DNA of 63,481 nt, filler included, from Rhabdomonas costata (Eukaryota), in the NCBI GenBank assembly GCA_019059605.1. It is 47 parts of 47 records of this genome, joined end to end, with 100 filler letters (N's around TTAATTAATTAA, not from the genome) between each part and the next. Parts side by side here need not be neighbours in the genome. Positions count along the whole stretch, not along the records: positions 62,230 to 63,481 come from JAHMHO010021844.1; 46 more parts are not named here. One strand, given 5' to 3'. Shown here in pieces: positions 62,130 to 63,481 of this stretch. A program made the position numbers and the translations under genes. Positions within the stretch are counted from its first letter, which is position 1. Each line of letters starts with the position of its first letter. Below the pieces are notes generated by a model. It did no database searches and had not been told where the DNA came from. It saw only the letters and a program-made list of their open reading frames with translations.

Positions 62130-63481
62130 NNNNNNNNNNNNNNNNNNNNNNNNNNNNNNNNNNNNNNNNNNNNTTAATTAATTAANNNNNNNNNNNNNNN
62201 NNNNNNNNNNNNNNNNNNNNNNNNNNNNNAGGAGACTCTTACTTCTGACGTCAGGTAAAGGTGAGTTTCAAGGAGGAGGAGGAGGAGGAGTCAGCAGGGC
62301 TTGCAGAGGGGTACATGTCTTTTTTGCTTCTGTGTGGCCAGCGCGCTGGGAAAGAGATGGTGGGGATGGGGGTATAGGCACCCACGGCCAATGTGGTGAG
62401 GCTCACCGACTCGGACATGCCGCGCACGCGGTGGTCCTCTGCGTATCCGCAGAAACGGAGGCTTGAAATCGGCCCCCCATCAAAGCAAAAGGTACGTGTG
62501 TGGTCGGCTGGGATGAGGCTGAGATGGGAGGTGAGGTGAGAGGAGAGGAGAAATGATTGCTGGAGTAGAGCTGCGTTGGGCCTACAGAAGACGGCCCAAT
62601 GGAAAATTGGAGTGGAAGCAGTTACCGGTAGTAACAGAAAGCTTTTTTTTAAACCTTTTGCAAAATTACCAAAAAAGATCACGTTTGTGCAAGGGGGTTA
62701 GGCTAACTTTGTCATTGCTGGATGACTGCTTTTGCCTAGCTACTGCGACTGCTAATCAGGACTCGCCATTGGCCGGGACATGGCCGGACGACTAGAAAAG
62801 CATTAGGAGCAAAGGCCAGTCCTCGGGCGGGGACGTGACCTGGGTGCCATTCGGAATTCGGACCCCGGAGTTGATACACAGTTTGTATCGCTCCGACTGA
62901 AGGAACTACCGAAGGAGGTAGCCGTCCCTCTAATCAGCCAGCGCTTTGCGCTCGACACTGCCCCCCCCCCCGCAGATACGTCCAAATGGACAAACTGTTC
63001 ACTCCACCTTGTATCTCCACTTCTCCGCCTTTCTTGTCGGCGCAGGGTCCCAGCCCATCGCCCCGCTCCTGTTCCAGCTCGCAGCCTGGAGGCTCCCCTC
63101 TGTCTCGGCCGCAAAAGCAGCAGCAGTCCAAAGAGAAGGCTGCGCAAAGCCCCAGCGGGTCTAGCACATCCTCTGCTGCCACGAACTTCCGTACTCTTGT
63201 CCCACCCAAACTCTCCTTGAGGGAACTGCGGAGACTCCCTGCTGCCGCCGCTGCCCCACAGGAAGGACGCCCGCCGCGTCCTTTGGCCGCAGGGCATACT
63301 GCAAAGTAGCTGTGGTTCCACCTTAGTCATCGTCTCGAATGGTTGATATTGGTATAGTGGTATCTCAGAGTGTTGTATGTTGTCTGTGTATCACGCAGCA
63401 CCCGTCTTTGAATGTGAATTCTTTGGATGGCAATCACCTGATTACGTTTTTCCTGTAAATTTTTTGTTCATCACCAACCCC

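Noticed and set aside
1..63481. Euglenid non-conventional (non-GT/GC-AG, end-paired) introns
   Set aside because: I looked for them; every junction I could anchor by protein conservation was GT-AG or GC-AG. They cannot be excluded in unassigned contigs without transcripts.

Overview
This is not one continuous locus. It is about 47 unrelated short contigs (~1.25 kb each) joined by artificial 100-bp spacers (N44-TTAATTAATTAA-N44), so gene neighbourhood across spacers means nothing. The DNA is from an intron-rich eukaryote. A euglenid is my best inference, from an articulin-type VPV-repeat protein, GTRYG-type and GC donors, and short AG-to-ATG leaders compatible with SL trans-splicing. Hand-spliced gene fragments: RNA Pol III largest subunit (with a GC-AG intron), GH18 chitinase-like protein, articulin-like protein, TBL/PC-esterase, hnRNP Q/R acidic domain, SDR, RRM protein, Janus/PHPT1, TesB/ACOT8, EMC4, X-family DNA polymerase, ICL/PEP-mutase family, ZNF598/Hel2-like RING, Old Yellow Enzyme, type I PKS DH region, class I SAM methyltransferase, thioredoxin-like domain, and two decayed non-LTR retrotransposons (CRE-like and RTE-like). 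Many contig ends have fold-back inverted repeats and G/T (5') or C/A (3') tails that look like amplification or library artefacts. One such inversion puts consecutive PHPT1 exons on opposite strands. I found no rRNA, tRNA, SL RNA or CRISPR array and cannot claim a wholly new system. All protein calls come from motif recognition by eye, not database searches.
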